From Octopus vulgaris (Eukaryota), in NCBI GenBank assembly GCA_951406725.2, contig OX597818.1, positions 143,468,001 to 143,532,000 on the forward strand: DNA of 64,000 bases. Reading direction: 5' to 3'. Shown here piece after piece: positions 50,435-64,000 of this stretch. The notes under the pieces were generated by a model. It ran no database searches. It saw only the letters and a list, made by a program, of their open reading frames with translations, and was not told the origin of the DNA. Every line of letters begins with the position of its first letter. The first letter of the stretch is position 1. Position numbers and translations under genes: made by a program.

Positions 50435-52624
50435 TGTATGTATGTATGTATGTGTGTGTATGTGTGTATGTATGTATGTATGTATGTATGTATGTATGTA
50501 TGTATGTATGCATGCATGTATGTATGTGTGTGTATGTATGTATGTATGCATGTGTGTGTATGTATGTATGTATGTATGTATGCATGCATGTATGTATGTA
50601 TGTATGTATGTATGTATGTATGTATGTATGTATATATGTATGTATGTATTTATGTATGTATGTATGCAAGCATGCATGTATGTATGTATGTATGTATGTA
50701 TGTATGTATGTATGTATGTATGTATGTATGTATGTATGCATGCATGTATGTATGTGTGTGTATGTATGTATGTATGCATGTGTGTGTGTATGTATGTATG
50801 TATGTATGTATGCATGCATGTATGTATGTATGTATGTGTGTGTGTATGTATGTATGTATGTATGTATGTATGTATGTATGTATGTATGTGTGTGTGTATG
50901 TATGTATGTATGTGTGTGTGTATGTATGTATGTATGTGTGTGTGTATGTGTGTATGTATATATGTATGTATGTATGTGTGTGTGTATATATGTATGTATG
51001 TATATATATACTAGCTGTTGGACCCGGCGTTGCTCGTGTTTTCCGTGTTGAAGTTAAGTCCACCTCTGACCTTGTATTGAAATCTTCTACTTACCCCGTG
51101 CCAACTATTACTCATTAAGATGTTATATCTGGATCGGCAGTGATTAACGCTTTCGACATACTCCTACATAGTGATTGACCTTGGGCACTGCTGCACATGC
51201 GTGCTAAGTTTTAAAGTTGTAGCTTACTTCCGTTGTTTACAGCAGTACTTGGAAAGAATGTGTGTCGTGTGTGATCTTCGCATCGACCATGACAGAGAAT
51301 GTTGAGCAGAGAATCTGCATCAAATTTTGCCAAAAGCTTGGCGATATCTGCTCAGAAGCCAACGCAAATGTTTCAAAAAGTTTTCACCGTTTTCGATACA
51401 ATCAAGGAGATCTTATGCAACTAAAACCCGAAAGCAGCTTTGGCACAAACTTGCCAGACGTGTGTCTTATACCCAAATCTTCAGTGATAATGGACTGAAC
51501 TGAACCGTAACTAATCTGCACATCCTCTGATAAGTCACGGATGGTGATTCGTCGATTTCTCCTCACAGCTGCACGCACATCTGCGATGTTTTTCCCAGTT
51601 CTGCTGGTTGCGGGTCTCTCCAGAAGGTTCATCAATATCGACATTTTTCGGCCATCTTGAACCACTCATACACTTGTGTGTGGCTCATACACTCCTCTCC
51701 ATACACTTTCTGCAACTTTGCGTATGTCTCTGAGCAGGTATCACTATGACAACTTTCTCTGACATGGTCAATGTGACGATCACACGCTACACACCTTCCT
51801 TCCAAACACTGCTGTAAGCGGCGGAAGTGAGCTAGAATAATAAAACTTAGCGTTCCTGCACAGCAGAATTCTACATGTTTTAACTTCGCTACTATGGCAA
51901 CATTCCGGATACTTATTAATCAAACCTCATATATATATATATAAATATATTGCAAATTCCCTAACCCTAATATATTTCTGACGTTCAAAACAAACGTCAG
52001 TAGACCTTTGCGAAAGGGTGTATAAGTCTAAGAGGTAGAGTTTTAAAAATCCACGCTAAAAATATAACTGTCTTAGCTTCTACAATTTCCACAACTTAAG
52101 AAAAGGCAATTATTTAAGCCATGAAGAAATTTCCAAACATAGACTTGTTGCTTAGAAGTTCAATGCGAATAAAGTCAGACTACTACTTCTAAATATGTAT
52201 TTTTTGTATGTGGAGGTGAATTATCGGTTGTGTGACCTTTTATGATAATGCATGATTTAGAAACTAAATAAATATATGTCGATAGAGGTATTTAAAAATG
52301 TTATGAAACTTATTTTAAAAAAACAGTCCAATACCTCAAAAGATAAAGATAAAATGCAAGTTGCTGCTTAGAAACGATGTAGCTTATCATGATTTCACAC
52401 AAATCGACCAGATAGTTCTCGATTGGCTAAAGCGAAGTCCATGACTGAAGTAGTCTGATAGCCGTGAATGTGAGATATTGTCCCAATTTTACTATTTTTA
52501 TCTTATCAACTTGCTGGTGATTTCTCTGAATGTTTAATTTTGTTCAAGCTAAAAGTTTTACTTTCACTTTAGATTTCCGATAAAACGTATTTCTACAAGC
52601 TTTATTTCATTATATACGTTAACT

Positions 52625-53464
52625 ATGTACATCACACTATCTCCCAGTGAGATCCGCTATACTCAAGATTCTATTGCTTCATGCTTCCAGAATGGAAACG
52701 ATATAGAAGATCTTATTTTAGATATTATCAATGGTCAAACCACACCTGACAAAATTCGAACAATCAGAGTTTTCTTTAAGGATGGAAAATATTATAGTGA
52801 GGACAATAGGAGACTTTACGTGTTGAAAACAGTGCAAGAGTTAAGTGAACCATACTTGATGATTACGGTTAAATTAACTTCATATTTTGATTTTGAAGAA
52901 AATAAGTTCACTACTACGAATGATGGTTTAAGAATAAGAGTAAGAAGAAATAGGAATGATGCGAAGAAACCAAGGAATGTGAAACGCCCTCTATCTGAAT
53001 CAAATTCTATAAATAAAGTACCTACTTATGAAGACTTTCCGAGCCTTACCTCTGGAGGTCCTACGAAAACTACATATGCAAGTCCCAGAACTACCCCTGT
53101 AAAAGCTGCTAAAACTAAAATAACTTATGAAGACTTTCCGAGCCTTACCTCTGGAGGTCCTACGAAAACTACATATGCAAGTACCAGAACTACCCCCGTA
53201 AAAGCTGCTAAAACTGAATGTAAAAGAAGTGCCGGAACTACAGATAAAACACTTATTTGTCATAGCGATATATTACCTTCATCATGGAGCCTTACAACCG
53301 ATGACGCTTCAAGTGCTACGAATGCTCCACCTTCAATTTGCATAACGCCGAGGCCAAGTGCTACGAATGTTCCACCTTCAATTTGCATAACGCCGAGGCC
53401 AAGTGCTCACATAAAGTCGAAACCAAGTCGTCTAGAGAAACTATCTTGTTGTGTAATTCTTTAA
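52625..53464 (+). CDS. Second copy of the ParB/Srx-like CaaX protein with 2x33-aa and 2x15-aa repeats (279 aa)
   Basis: Identical N-terminal domain and CCVIL end. The 162-aa length difference equals 4x33 + 2x15. Confidence 0.8.
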   Translation: MYITLSPSEIRYTQDSIASCFQNGNDIEDLILDIINGQTTPDKIRTIRVFFKDGKYYSEDNRRLYVLKTVQELSEPYLMITVKLTSYFDFEENKFTTTNDGLRIRVRRNRNDAKKPRNVKRPLSESNSINKVPTYEDFPSLTSGGPTKTTYASPRTTPVKAAKTKITYEDFPSLTSGGPTKTTYASTRTTPVKAAKTECKRSAGTTDKTLICHSDILPSSWSLTTDDASSATNAPPSICITPRPSATNVPPSICITPRPSAHIKSKPSRLEKLSCCVIL

Positions 53465-53766
53465 ACAGTTACTCTGATGCTACTAACAAAAATCAATATC
53501 AATTTTAATTTTGTTAAATTCTGCCTGTTTTACGTTAGGCGAAAATGGAACTTACATTTAAATCTTCTACAATTTAATTTTTGTGAAATCCCTTCATATT
53601 TTTACGGATAATATCTGTAGATAAACTTAGAACTATCTGAAACAAAGGAAAAGGAGGTAAGTACAGAATCTGTTGTTACACCAAATGTTTGATAAAACTC
53701 GTTACAGTGTACAAAAGCAATTGAGGATTTTTTTTGTTTTTTGAAAAAGAAAAAAAGTGAGAGAAT

Positions 53767-53799
<33 letters not shown>

Positions 53800-54011
53800 A
53801 CAAAGAGAAGCGGGGAACGAGATTATGATTTTCATTAACAAGGCGCAAGAGTGGCTGTGTGGTAAGTAGCTTGCTTACCAACCACATGGTTCCGGGTTCA
53901 GTCCACTGCGTGGCATCTTGGGTAAGTGTCTTCTACTATAGCCTCGGGCCGACCAAAGCCTTGTGAGTGGATTTGGTAGACGGAAACTGAAAGAAGCCTG
54001 TCGTATATATG

Positions 54012-54042
<31 letters not shown>

Positions 54043-54960
54043 TTGTGTGTCTGTGTTTGTCCCCCTAGCATTTCTTGACAACCGATGCTGGTGTGTTTAC
54101 GTCGCCGTCACCTAGCGGTTCGGCAAAAGAGACCGATAGAATAAGTACTGGGCTTATACGTCCCGGGGTCGAGTTGCTCGACTAAAGGTGGTGCTCCAGC
54201 ATGGCCGCAGTCAAATGACTGAAACAAGTAAAAGAATAAAGAGTAAGGTAATCTGGCCATTTTAAAGACTTTGCAGGTAAATTCGACCAAGAGAATTAAA
54301 AGCGAAATTAATCAGAGAACAAAGTTCACCCGTTAATGCCTGAATTTGTTTCCTTCCCTTTAAGATTTTCGTACTAGGCCGAAAGTTGAGATTATAGTGT
54401 TGCCAATATTTAAAAAAAAAATGTAAGTTATGAAGAATCTTGCTTCCCAACAACCTGACTCCGGGCTCAGTCTCACTGCGTGGTATTTTGAGCAAGGGTG
54501 TCTTCTACTATACCCTTGGACCGAACAAAGGCTTGCGAGTGGATTTGGTAAACACACACACACACACACACATACACACACATGTATATATTTGTGTGTT
54601 TGTGTATGCTCCCCACCCACCATCACTTGACAACCGATGTTGGTGTATCTATGTCCCCCGTAACTTAGCGGTTCGGTAAGAGAGAGCGATAGAATAAGTA
54701 CTCGCACGGCTGCAGTCAAATGACAGAAAGAAGTAAACGAAAGAATAAAAGAATATCTCTATAATTGCAATTGTTGCTGAAATATTAACAATTACTGTTG
54801 TGGTTCTCTTAGAAAAAGGACCGCGACTGCCAATGGGTCACTATGTTCTGTACGTGTACTAAAACGTCGCACAAATTGAAAATTTGTCAAACTTGAGAAC
54901 ATATTTTTCTCTCTATCTCTCTCTCTTACTCTCTATCTCTCTTTCTCTTTCTCTTTCTCT

Positions 54961-55019
<59 letters not shown>

Positions 55020-55718
55020 CATACACACACACATGTGTGGATATGTTTAAAAAATTGACAATTATTATTATTATTTTTTAAAAATTAATTTCTAGCTTCA
55101 TATTCTTTCGCCGAAAGGGCATCGTTTTATATACAACTGAAAAAAAATCTACCTGCATATTCGAGTGTGAAACAAAAATATCTACATAATCATGATTTGG
55201 CAATCTTCTCATACAACACGAGTGTTTCCAGTGACCAATATTTGATGGAGAGACTTTCTCATTTGATGTCTGAATTTGTCTCTTTCTCATTTGGTTTGGC
55301 CTAATACAAATAAACTGGATTGTGAAATCAACGCACGGTATTTTTTCCACGTTCTATTATATTAACCTAATTTTATTTGTTATTCAATTTCCAGCAGTTT
55401 ATAACTTGCAGATATAAACAGTAGTAAGAAAAAGTTGGCTGCTGGCTAACTAAAAAAATGGTGGTTTTGCGGGATTTAGAGGGAGAGTAGTCACTTAACC
55501 CGCTAGAAGTACATTACCGGCTAGGAGTAGGACATTGAATTATGTAGTACAAAACTTACATATAAGAAAGACGAGATGACTATGGTTGGATTGACTTTGG
55601 ATACAAATATGTTTAGCCTAAACTGATCTGGAGATAAATAACATCAAAGTTGTTTTCTACGTTAAGATCCGGATCCTAATAATGAATGGAAAATGGAATA
55701 TACATAATACAAACTTGC

Positions 55719-56065
<347 letters not shown>

Positions 56066-56190
56066 TTCCCTCTGTGTTTAGTCCCTTATGGGTAGTAAAG
56101 AAATTTATATATATATATATTGATAGAAATGGTAAGAGAACATAACAATGAAAGAGGCCTCGATATTATGTAAATAGAGGAATTTATCTG

Positions 56191-56226
<36 letters not shown>

Positions 56227-56742
56227 TATACAAAATATATACATGGTATACATGCATCCATAAGTGCAAGTGCACTTGCATACCTATATGCATACTAACA
56301 TATACACTGTATGGCGGGTAATCTTACGGTATTAGTAGATGATGTCATTCACCCATGCAACGTTCCCGCATGACATAGATGAAAAGGCTAGGCTGAAAAA
56401 TTAATTTAATGGCGTCGTCTGCTCATACGGAAAGATTTAAAACTTAGCTGGGAATAACTATGCCGTGAGGTAGAAAGAAGATTAGTGATGAAGTAATTGT
56501 AGGTTCGATCTTATTTCGTTACTTTCGTAACCTTATCATCGCACTTACTGAAGTACTAATGGCTGAATCACTAAACATATATTTACAAGTTTGTACGAAC
56601 TGTAGCGAAGAAACACAGAATTATATAAAGAATAAACCGACTCGGATAAGCCAACTGTATAAAAAGCAATAGTTAAGTTAATGTTAAATCTAATGCAGAG
56701 AATATTTAAAACTCAACTACTTATATATATAAATATATATAA

Positions 56743-56808
<66 letters not shown>

Positions 56809-56811
56809 CAC

Positions 56812-57111
56812 AACAATTGCAGCGTGGAAGGTGTTTGTAAGCCATTTAAGAAACACACAAAAGCCGTTCGATTCACTTCAACATTTAAATTTAATTTGTC
56901 AAAATATTTTCGTCGCTAAAATCCGCGACCTGTTCACTGACAAAAATCCGTGCTGCATCTCGGATGCAGCACGGATCTTTGTCAGTGAACAGGTCGCGGT
57001 CTTAAAGCGACGAAAATATTTTGACAAATTAAACTTAAATGTTGAAGTGAATCGAACGGCTTTTGTGTGTTTCTTAAATGGCTTACAAACACCTTCCACG
57101 CTGCAATTGTT
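56812..57111. repeat. Second copy of the 300-bp palindrome
   Basis: As for 49605-49904. Confidence 0.95.
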
Positions 57112-57166
57112 TTCGTTTCAGCACACGATCTCAGATAAAATTACTTGCTATGCGAGTACATCTCCG

Positions 57167-57225
<59 letters not shown>

Positions 57226-57236
57226 AAAAAGACAGA

Positions 57237-57500
57237 AAGAAGAATGCAGTCAGTGGTTAATGTTATTTTCAATTTGCTATCAGACATAACTCTACACGTT
57301 TTGGCCTTAATTTGACCTGATCAGTGGAGTAATAGGCATGAATTAAAAGTGTCAACACGACCATAATTGTTGATAATGCTTTGTATGAGAATGGCGTCTC
57401 TGAATTGGTCTCAATGCAACATATGACGAGGTTAAATTTGAGAGCCACTCGCATCATCGGTTTTCTTGCCGCCAACTCGTTTCTTTTCCAGCGTTGGATT
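57237..57500 (-). mobile_element. Penelope-like repeat with a decayed hammerhead (homologue at about 63192-63445)
   Basis: Minus strand ACTCCA-CTGATCA-GGTC(AAATTAA)GGCC-AAAA-CGTG-TA-GAGT. The homologue has CTGATGA. Confidence 0.55.
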
Positions 57501-57959
57501 TAGGTAGGCCAGTGATGGTAGACACACAGACGCACGCACGCACATTCACACACGCACGCACGCACATTCACACACACACGCACACACACACACACACACA
57601 CACACTTTATATATGTGTGTGTGTGTGTGTTCTTCTTCGCTTCCTCCTTCCTCGGCTACTACTGCTGCTTAAACAATCAAAACCAAGAACACATCAAATA
57701 TTCTTTTAGGACTGCTACTACCTGCTACCAAGCCTTCACAAGAGTAAAAAAGAGACAGACAGACAGACAGAAAAAAGGAAAATGTCCCTTGCATTTGAAA
57801 GCTATTGAATTATTTTAAAAGAACATTTCATTTAATTTTTCCACAATTTGTTTCTCATGCTTTACTCTAAGTTGAAAAAGTCGCAAAGTCTGAAACCGGT
57901 ACTAAAATGTTCTTGATGATAAAATTATTTTAGCATTTTCTACCTTCTTGTCTTATTTT

Positions 57960-58020
<61 letters not shown>

Positions 58021-58143
58021 ATTGAGGTAATCAGATCAGATGGTTCATATTTGTAGATATTTATTTATATATTACATTTTTTACATATATATCATATCAT
58101 ATCATTCGGATTTCGGATTAGCGCTTGCTCCCATTCTAGTGGG

Positions 58144-58240
<97 letters not shown>

Positions 58241-58602
58241 ATTAAAAATATATGCATACATACAAACATATATGTACGTACCTACATCTACATGTATATA
58301 TACATGCATATATAAATAAATATACGTAAGTATAGGACGCCACAACAAGACGTAGAAACGGGAAAAACAAAAATTTAACGACAAGTACAGGACAGGCTAC
58401 ACAAGGAAAAATCCCAAAATTTTTTACAAGAAAACAAGTACAGGACAAGCTACACAAGGAAAATCCACCGTCATCAGCTGTCGCTAGTTAACTCAGGCGT
58501 GTTTCGAAGGCAAGACATGACACTCGTTAACTAGGCCTTCCTGCGAGAGAATTAAAATAAAATTCCAAGCAGCGGGGTAAAACGGGTAAGAACACAAACA
58601 GG

Positions 58603-58645
<43 letters not shown>

Positions 58646-59010
58646 AATGAATAAATAAATGGGATAATTATCCCCTTATACGGCACAACGCATTAGTGCT
58701 CTAATAGAACCTCAGGAATATCAAACCACGAAAGAGAGAACAAATTTCAAAGGTCAGTGTTCATATTCACTAAATATATTTCAAAGCATCGGAATACTCC
58801 ACAGCATACATAAATGCATTCATATACACTAGATATAAAAATTTAGTAATATATAAATATATGAATGTATAAATGTACCTGCGAGGTTGTATGTCCTATT
58901 CAAATCAATGAGGCTATTAACATATGCGGATGGTGAATGTATAGCGGTAATCCAAACAGATGAGAAAGTTGGTATAAAAGGATTTTAAAAGGAATCTTGA
59001 GCAGGTGCAA

Positions 59011-59099
59011 AGTCTGACGGCCGTTTCGAGAAGATATAGGTTGGTATGGGCGAGTTAATTCCAACCATAACTATCAACTATTTTTCTCTCATCAGAGTT
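59011..59099 (-). ncRNA. Hammerhead-like motif with extended stem II
   Basis: CT-CTGATGA-GAGAA...TTCTC-GAAA-CGGCCG-TC-AG. The core, palindromic stem III and GUC triplet are intact, but stem I is weak. Confidence 0.55.
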
Positions 59100-59226
59100 A
59101 ACCTAAAAGATATATAAAAGAGTTATTTAAATCTTAAAGTTTTAAGCGACATGAGAAATTTAAGAATTTTTAAAAATCGATCGCGGTATCGAAACATACT
59201 GTTCAGATTTTTTATTACTCTCCAGG

Positions 59227-59800
59227 GTAATAATTTTATCCTCCAAGCCGACGACTGTTGCTGCCACTAGCCAGGTACTTCGGTAACTCTTAGTTTCGAC
59301 GTTCTTCTCCCCAAGTACGTGAGGAGAAGAACCACTTCTTCCGTCTTTAAAGTATTAGTCGAATACTGCACGGCTTTCTCTTCACTGTGGAATCTCATCT
59401 CAATGGCAGCAAACTTCTTCGCTCGTGTTATATAAATTATGTGAGACAAAATTGGTCTAAGACATTTTTCCACCGCCTCTCTCGACGCCAAGTCAAGTTT
59501 CTTATTTATTACGGTAAACGTGTTGTTGATGACCCTTGTGAGAGATTTCGCTTGGAGGAGCTATTTGAACTTCCAGCTCCTCCTTTTTTAGCATCCCCTT
59601 AGACTTCATTATTTCATTTAAATTGGTATTAAGATTTCTTTTAGTTATTCCTACTGCTGCAGCAAAATTAAGTTTTGTTGCAGTCGGAGACTGCACAGGT
59701 ATCACCGGAGACGTTACTAAGACTGGTATATCTACTGCTTCCTTATTTCCAGACTCAAATGAGTCGCTCATTTTTCAAAGGATTTGGGCTGATGCCCCAC
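59227..59800 (-). mobile_element. Decayed LINE ORF1/gag-like fragment
   Basis: LKTEEVVLLLTYLGRRTSKLRV is homologous to LKTEELIRLPIYLGRRASSVRV at about 61055-61140. Confidence 0.5.
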
Positions 59801-60599
59801 AAAATTACGGCTAAGCGCCGCGTACATTTGGGCCAACGCTCTGCAGAAAAACAATGATTCACCCTTCAAATAAGGGGAAATTATAAGAAAAGAACTGCTA
59901 CAAGTAGTTACACCAGTTTTTTTTCAACAACACGAAATGTAACAAGTTCGGTAACAGGTTCAATAATACACCAAGCAAACAGCAAAAATTACAACCGAAC
60001 TTCAGAATGATCGAAATGTCGGAACATACTGTTGAGGCGGAAGATATTAATGTTTTATTACTCACAAGCGGTCAGATAAAGAGGGGGACAAGCAAAGACC
60101 AGTAGGAGAGTACAAAGTAGGGACACAAAAAACAAAAACGGGTGAGAGGATGAACGAAATAATTAAAATGAATAATGAAATTGAGTCGCTCCTCCCCACA
60201 TCCGGGTGACTCAATTTATCTTTGTTTTACTTTTTGAAACCTTCAAAAATGTCTGTTTTAAAATCGTTTATGAGATCTTTGTAACTTACCACCGTTGGCA
60301 TACCCTCGCTGTCCATTCCTCTCTGCCAGTACATCACGTCGTTTCTATACTCCTTCAGTCCCACAGTGTGAATAGTGCCCTGTGAGCACCTCCTGAAAAC
60401 CTGTAGTGAACACTGATATACGTTTCGTCCAGCTATACACCCTTTTTCAAAGTTTGACCTTGTGTTGATTGCAGAGTACTATGCTCTTTTTATTTCACAG
60501 ACTGGGGACTGGGAAATTTGGGGCTTCTGTATATTTGTAATCGTTTTGTTAATGTCAGGTAGGGGTAGGACGTAGTTTTGGTGTCTTCAAGAGAAGGGT

Positions 60600-61800
60600 G
60601 GGACGAAGTAGTTTGGGTGGCAGCTGGGTAGGTGTGTACAGTGTGTACTTTTTCCTCCTTTTTCTGTTTCTTGTTGTCGTTTCACATTCGTCTCTGTGTT
60701 TCCTCCTTTTTCTGTGCTTCTGTTGCTCTTCGCCGTTGGTGGAGGTGCGGTTTTTTTTCAGACACTGGCGCTTCTCGGGGATTTTTGAGCAGCGGAGGGC
60801 ATTCTACCCTAATGTGGCCTATTTGGCCATATTTGTAGCAGCGAGGAGTTCTTCTCTTCACTCTGGCCCTGAGCGTTATCTCATCTGCCATAATTGTTTC
60901 CATTATTTCCTCGAGGTCTTCCGGGGCTGCCTGAACCGCCATATTCACGACCTGCCCCTGCCTATTTTAGTGGGCAGTGCTAGTGGCTTGGAGGACCGCT
61001 ATTTTATCCTCCAAACCCAGCAGTATTGCTGCCACCAGCCAGTCTACATTAATTTCTGGTAATGTATTGTCTACCCTTACACTGGAAGCACGCCTTCCAA
61101 GGTATATGGGTAGACGAATTAGCTCCTCAGTTTTCAGGAAGGCGCAGTTTCCGAGAGTCGCCTGGCTGTGGCTTCGTCTCAGAGCCGCACCTCCACCATT
61201 CCAAACTTTCTTTCTCCTACTGGCTAGGTGTGTAGTTTATGGCCAGATAGGTTTTAATCCCTTTTCGATTTGCCCATTTGTTATTGTCTCTATTCTCTGT
61301 GCATTCACCGAATACGTTCTGTAGCTGATTATTCTTCTCTTTGCCTCTTGTAATACTTCTTAAAGAGGTGATACCTATTTCTTTATTACCAACAAGGGGC
61401 TAAACACAGAGGGGACAAACAAGGACAGACATAGGTATTAAGTCGATTACATCAACCCCAGTGCGTAACTGGTACTTGATTTATCGACCCCGAAAGGATG
61501 AAAGGCAAAGTCGACCTCGGCGGAATTTGAACTCACAACGTAACGAAGACGAAATACCGCTAAGCATTTCGCCCGGCGTGCTAACCTTTCTGCCAGCTCG
61601 CCGTTTCGTCATTCCCCTCCCTGCGAGGCATATACTCGTAGTTTTCTATCTCGTCCATATTGACTTCCTCATTGTGGCTTTTGGCCACAACCGCATAATT
61701 CCTTCTTTGTCCATTTCATCAAGCGCTTGGAGTTACTCGTATTTGGACGAACTCAACGTTTCGTATTCCATCATCTTCTTTAGTGTGTTACCCCTTCAAC
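60600..61800 (-). mobile_element. Decayed Tx1/L1-type ORF1 with zinc knuckle, interrupted by a family B SINE (61372-61602)
   Basis: RCYKYGQIGHIRVECP, a CX2CX4HX4C knuckle with one substitution. Confidence 0.6.
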
Positions 61801-62350
61801 TAACGGGTGGGGGGACACGTCGACAAAACTGCCGTAAGGAAACAAAAACAGGCGCTAAACAATGAAACAACGATAATAACCACTTTTCAGTAAAACGTGA
61901 CTAGCCTTTGGTATGTTCAGGTGGATAATATGATAAGAGCTAAAATTACATGTTTAAATCAATTATGAAGCCATAAATCATAGTGTTTTAAGGTGAATCC
62001 AAATAGATAAAGGTTAACAATGTTAAAATCATAAAAACTAATTGCTTTTGGAAAGAAAATTTTAAAGTTGATAAATATTTGTGTCTAGAAAGAATTATGA
62101 CGTCCGAGATATTGTTAAGTACAGTTTTTTTTGTCAGCACGGAGTCGCTTCTTTTGTGCATAATTTACAGTTTCTAGAGTCTGTATTGTATGGTGTGGTT
62201 TCCGTTATAATAGACCAATCTAGACTGAATTCTTTATTGCGCATTTTTAATTTATTAATGTGGGTAACTAGTGCAGTTGAATTTTTTGTTTCTTGATTAA
62301 TAATTGAGTACGATAATTTCTCTCCCCAGCAAAAATTCTCTTAACATTTC

Positions 62351-62405
<55 letters not shown>

Positions 62406-62784
62406 TCGTCCTATCTTTCTTTCTTTCTTTATTTGTTTATTCATTTATTTATTTATTTCACCGCTGTTTATTTCCCAAATTTTACAACCATTATTAATCC
62501 AATGAACTTCTGAACTTTCAACGTAAGACCAAGTTTTTATATTTAGGTCAAACCAATTTTCTACTGAAATTGTTAGTTTCCTTCCCACTAGTTTCAAAGT
62601 TATTCAAGATATGCAGTGACAGACGAGAGTAGTATATCGGAATTTAAGGACTGCTATAATACCGTGTTCGATATAATCCACTGCATTTCACCCTAACAAT
62701 TTCTGATATTTCTAGTTCCAGCCTTCAAATTTCTAAGTTTAAATAACGCTGAATCAACTGATTTTTCTTTAAAAGTAGATTTAA

Positions 62785-63959
62785 TGTAGATTTATCCCGC
62801 TCGTGACATATCTTTCGCAATGACCACCCGTGTTACTTCCGTTCTGGCACTTATGGATTCTTCTCTCTTTTACTCATTACTTATAGTGTGTATACCATCC
62901 GAGGTCCTATATTAACCATTGTATCTGTTAGCGAGAGGGGAGCAGAGATAATATCCAAAGTATTTGCTGTTCCACCTTGATTAATGAACCTGATATAATT
63001 GATGCTCATCTGAAATATTTGCAAAGTCCAGCGTAAAGTCTGGGAAAGGATAGAGAATAACCGAGATTATAAGAAAGTAAGATGCGTGGTTATGAAAAGT
63101 GAGGGCCTTCAGTTAGATCATTGAGGAAATGAAAGGCGGTTGAGTATTGACAGAAACGGTTTTGTGTTGAGTATTAACATAGAAATAAAAAGAGAGAAGG
63201 ATGTAGTCAGTGGTTAATGTTATTTTCAATTTTCTATCAGTGACAACTCTACACATTTTGGCCTTAGTTTGACCTCATCAGTGGCGCGATAGGCATGAAT
63301 TAAAAATCTCAACACGACCTTAACTGTTGTATGAGGATGGCTTCGCTGAGTTAATTTCAATTCAAAATATAACTAGGTTAAATTTGAAAACCACTCGCAT
63401 CATGTGGCCTTCTTGCCCCAACTCATTTCTCTTTGAGTGTTGGTTTTAAAACAGCAAATCTGCGGCTAGATCATTTTACTTTTATTTATGTAGTCTGAAT
63501 GGAGGGGCTTCTATCCAGTGACGTTTTAAGACATGGGTACACTCTGCAGCTGCCCAGGGACCTTACCGGTCAATGGGCCAAATTCGGATCTATCTATGGC
63601 GAGCTTTACTGTCAACAAATAGATACTATTGGGCTCAGTGCATTAATTTGCCCAGGGGCGTATAATACTGTTAAGACGGCCCTGGCTGTACCCATAACCA
63701 CATCAAGCCCTCATGTTATACTGATATTATTAACATTCCTCTTGAACAGTTGCTGCTGAAGGGAAAGCATATGCGACAAAAGTGTTCCAGAAAGCCGACG
63801 TTCTGTGAAGGAAGGATTAGGCGCAATGGTTAATATAGGACCTGGGATGGTATACACACTATAAGTAATGAGTGAAAGAGAGAAGAATCCATAAGTGCCA
63901 GAACGGAAGTAACACGGGTGGTCATTGCGAAAGTTATGTCACGAGCGGGATAAATCTAC
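62785..63959. mobile_element. ~1.17-kb element bounded by ~135-bp inverted repeats
   Basis: 62785-62921 is nearly the reverse complement of 63826-63959. Confidence 0.75.
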
Positions 63960-64000
63960 TTCTTCCTTGTTCCTGTTCCAAGTCTTCATTATGTGGAATG

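Noticed and set aside
60178-60218. 12-bp hairpin (similar small hairpins at about 26195 and 44534)
   Set aside because: Isolated short inverted repeats with no supporting context; bacterial terminator logic does not apply.

Overview
AT-rich, microsatellite-laden animal genomic DNA. The SINE, LINE and (TA)n landscape resembles an octopus/cephalopod genome; this is an inference. Two host protein-coding loci are supportable. (1) An intron-free STEAP-family metalloreductase CDS at 13655-15019 (-). (2) An unusual gene present twice inside a near-identical ~7.1-7.2 kb tandem duplication (45181-46506 and 52625-53464, +). It encodes a ParB/Srx-like N-terminal domain, copy-number-variable 33-aa EDFPSL/TPVK repeats and 15-aa repeats, and a C-terminal CCVIL CaaX box. 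The rest is mobile DNA: a nearly intact CR1/L2-type LINE with a polyQ and twin-CCCH ORF1, LINE 3' ends sitting in (TA)n, an R4/Dong-type LINE relic, Chapaev3, pogo, mariner and hAT elements, and several tRNA-derived SINE families. Reading by eye also shows about seven unrelated families of minimal type I hammerhead ribozymes, typical of Penelope-like elements. One is a 300-bp palindrome carrying a G3-C8 variant hammerhead on each strand. All family calls come from motif recognition only; no searches were run.
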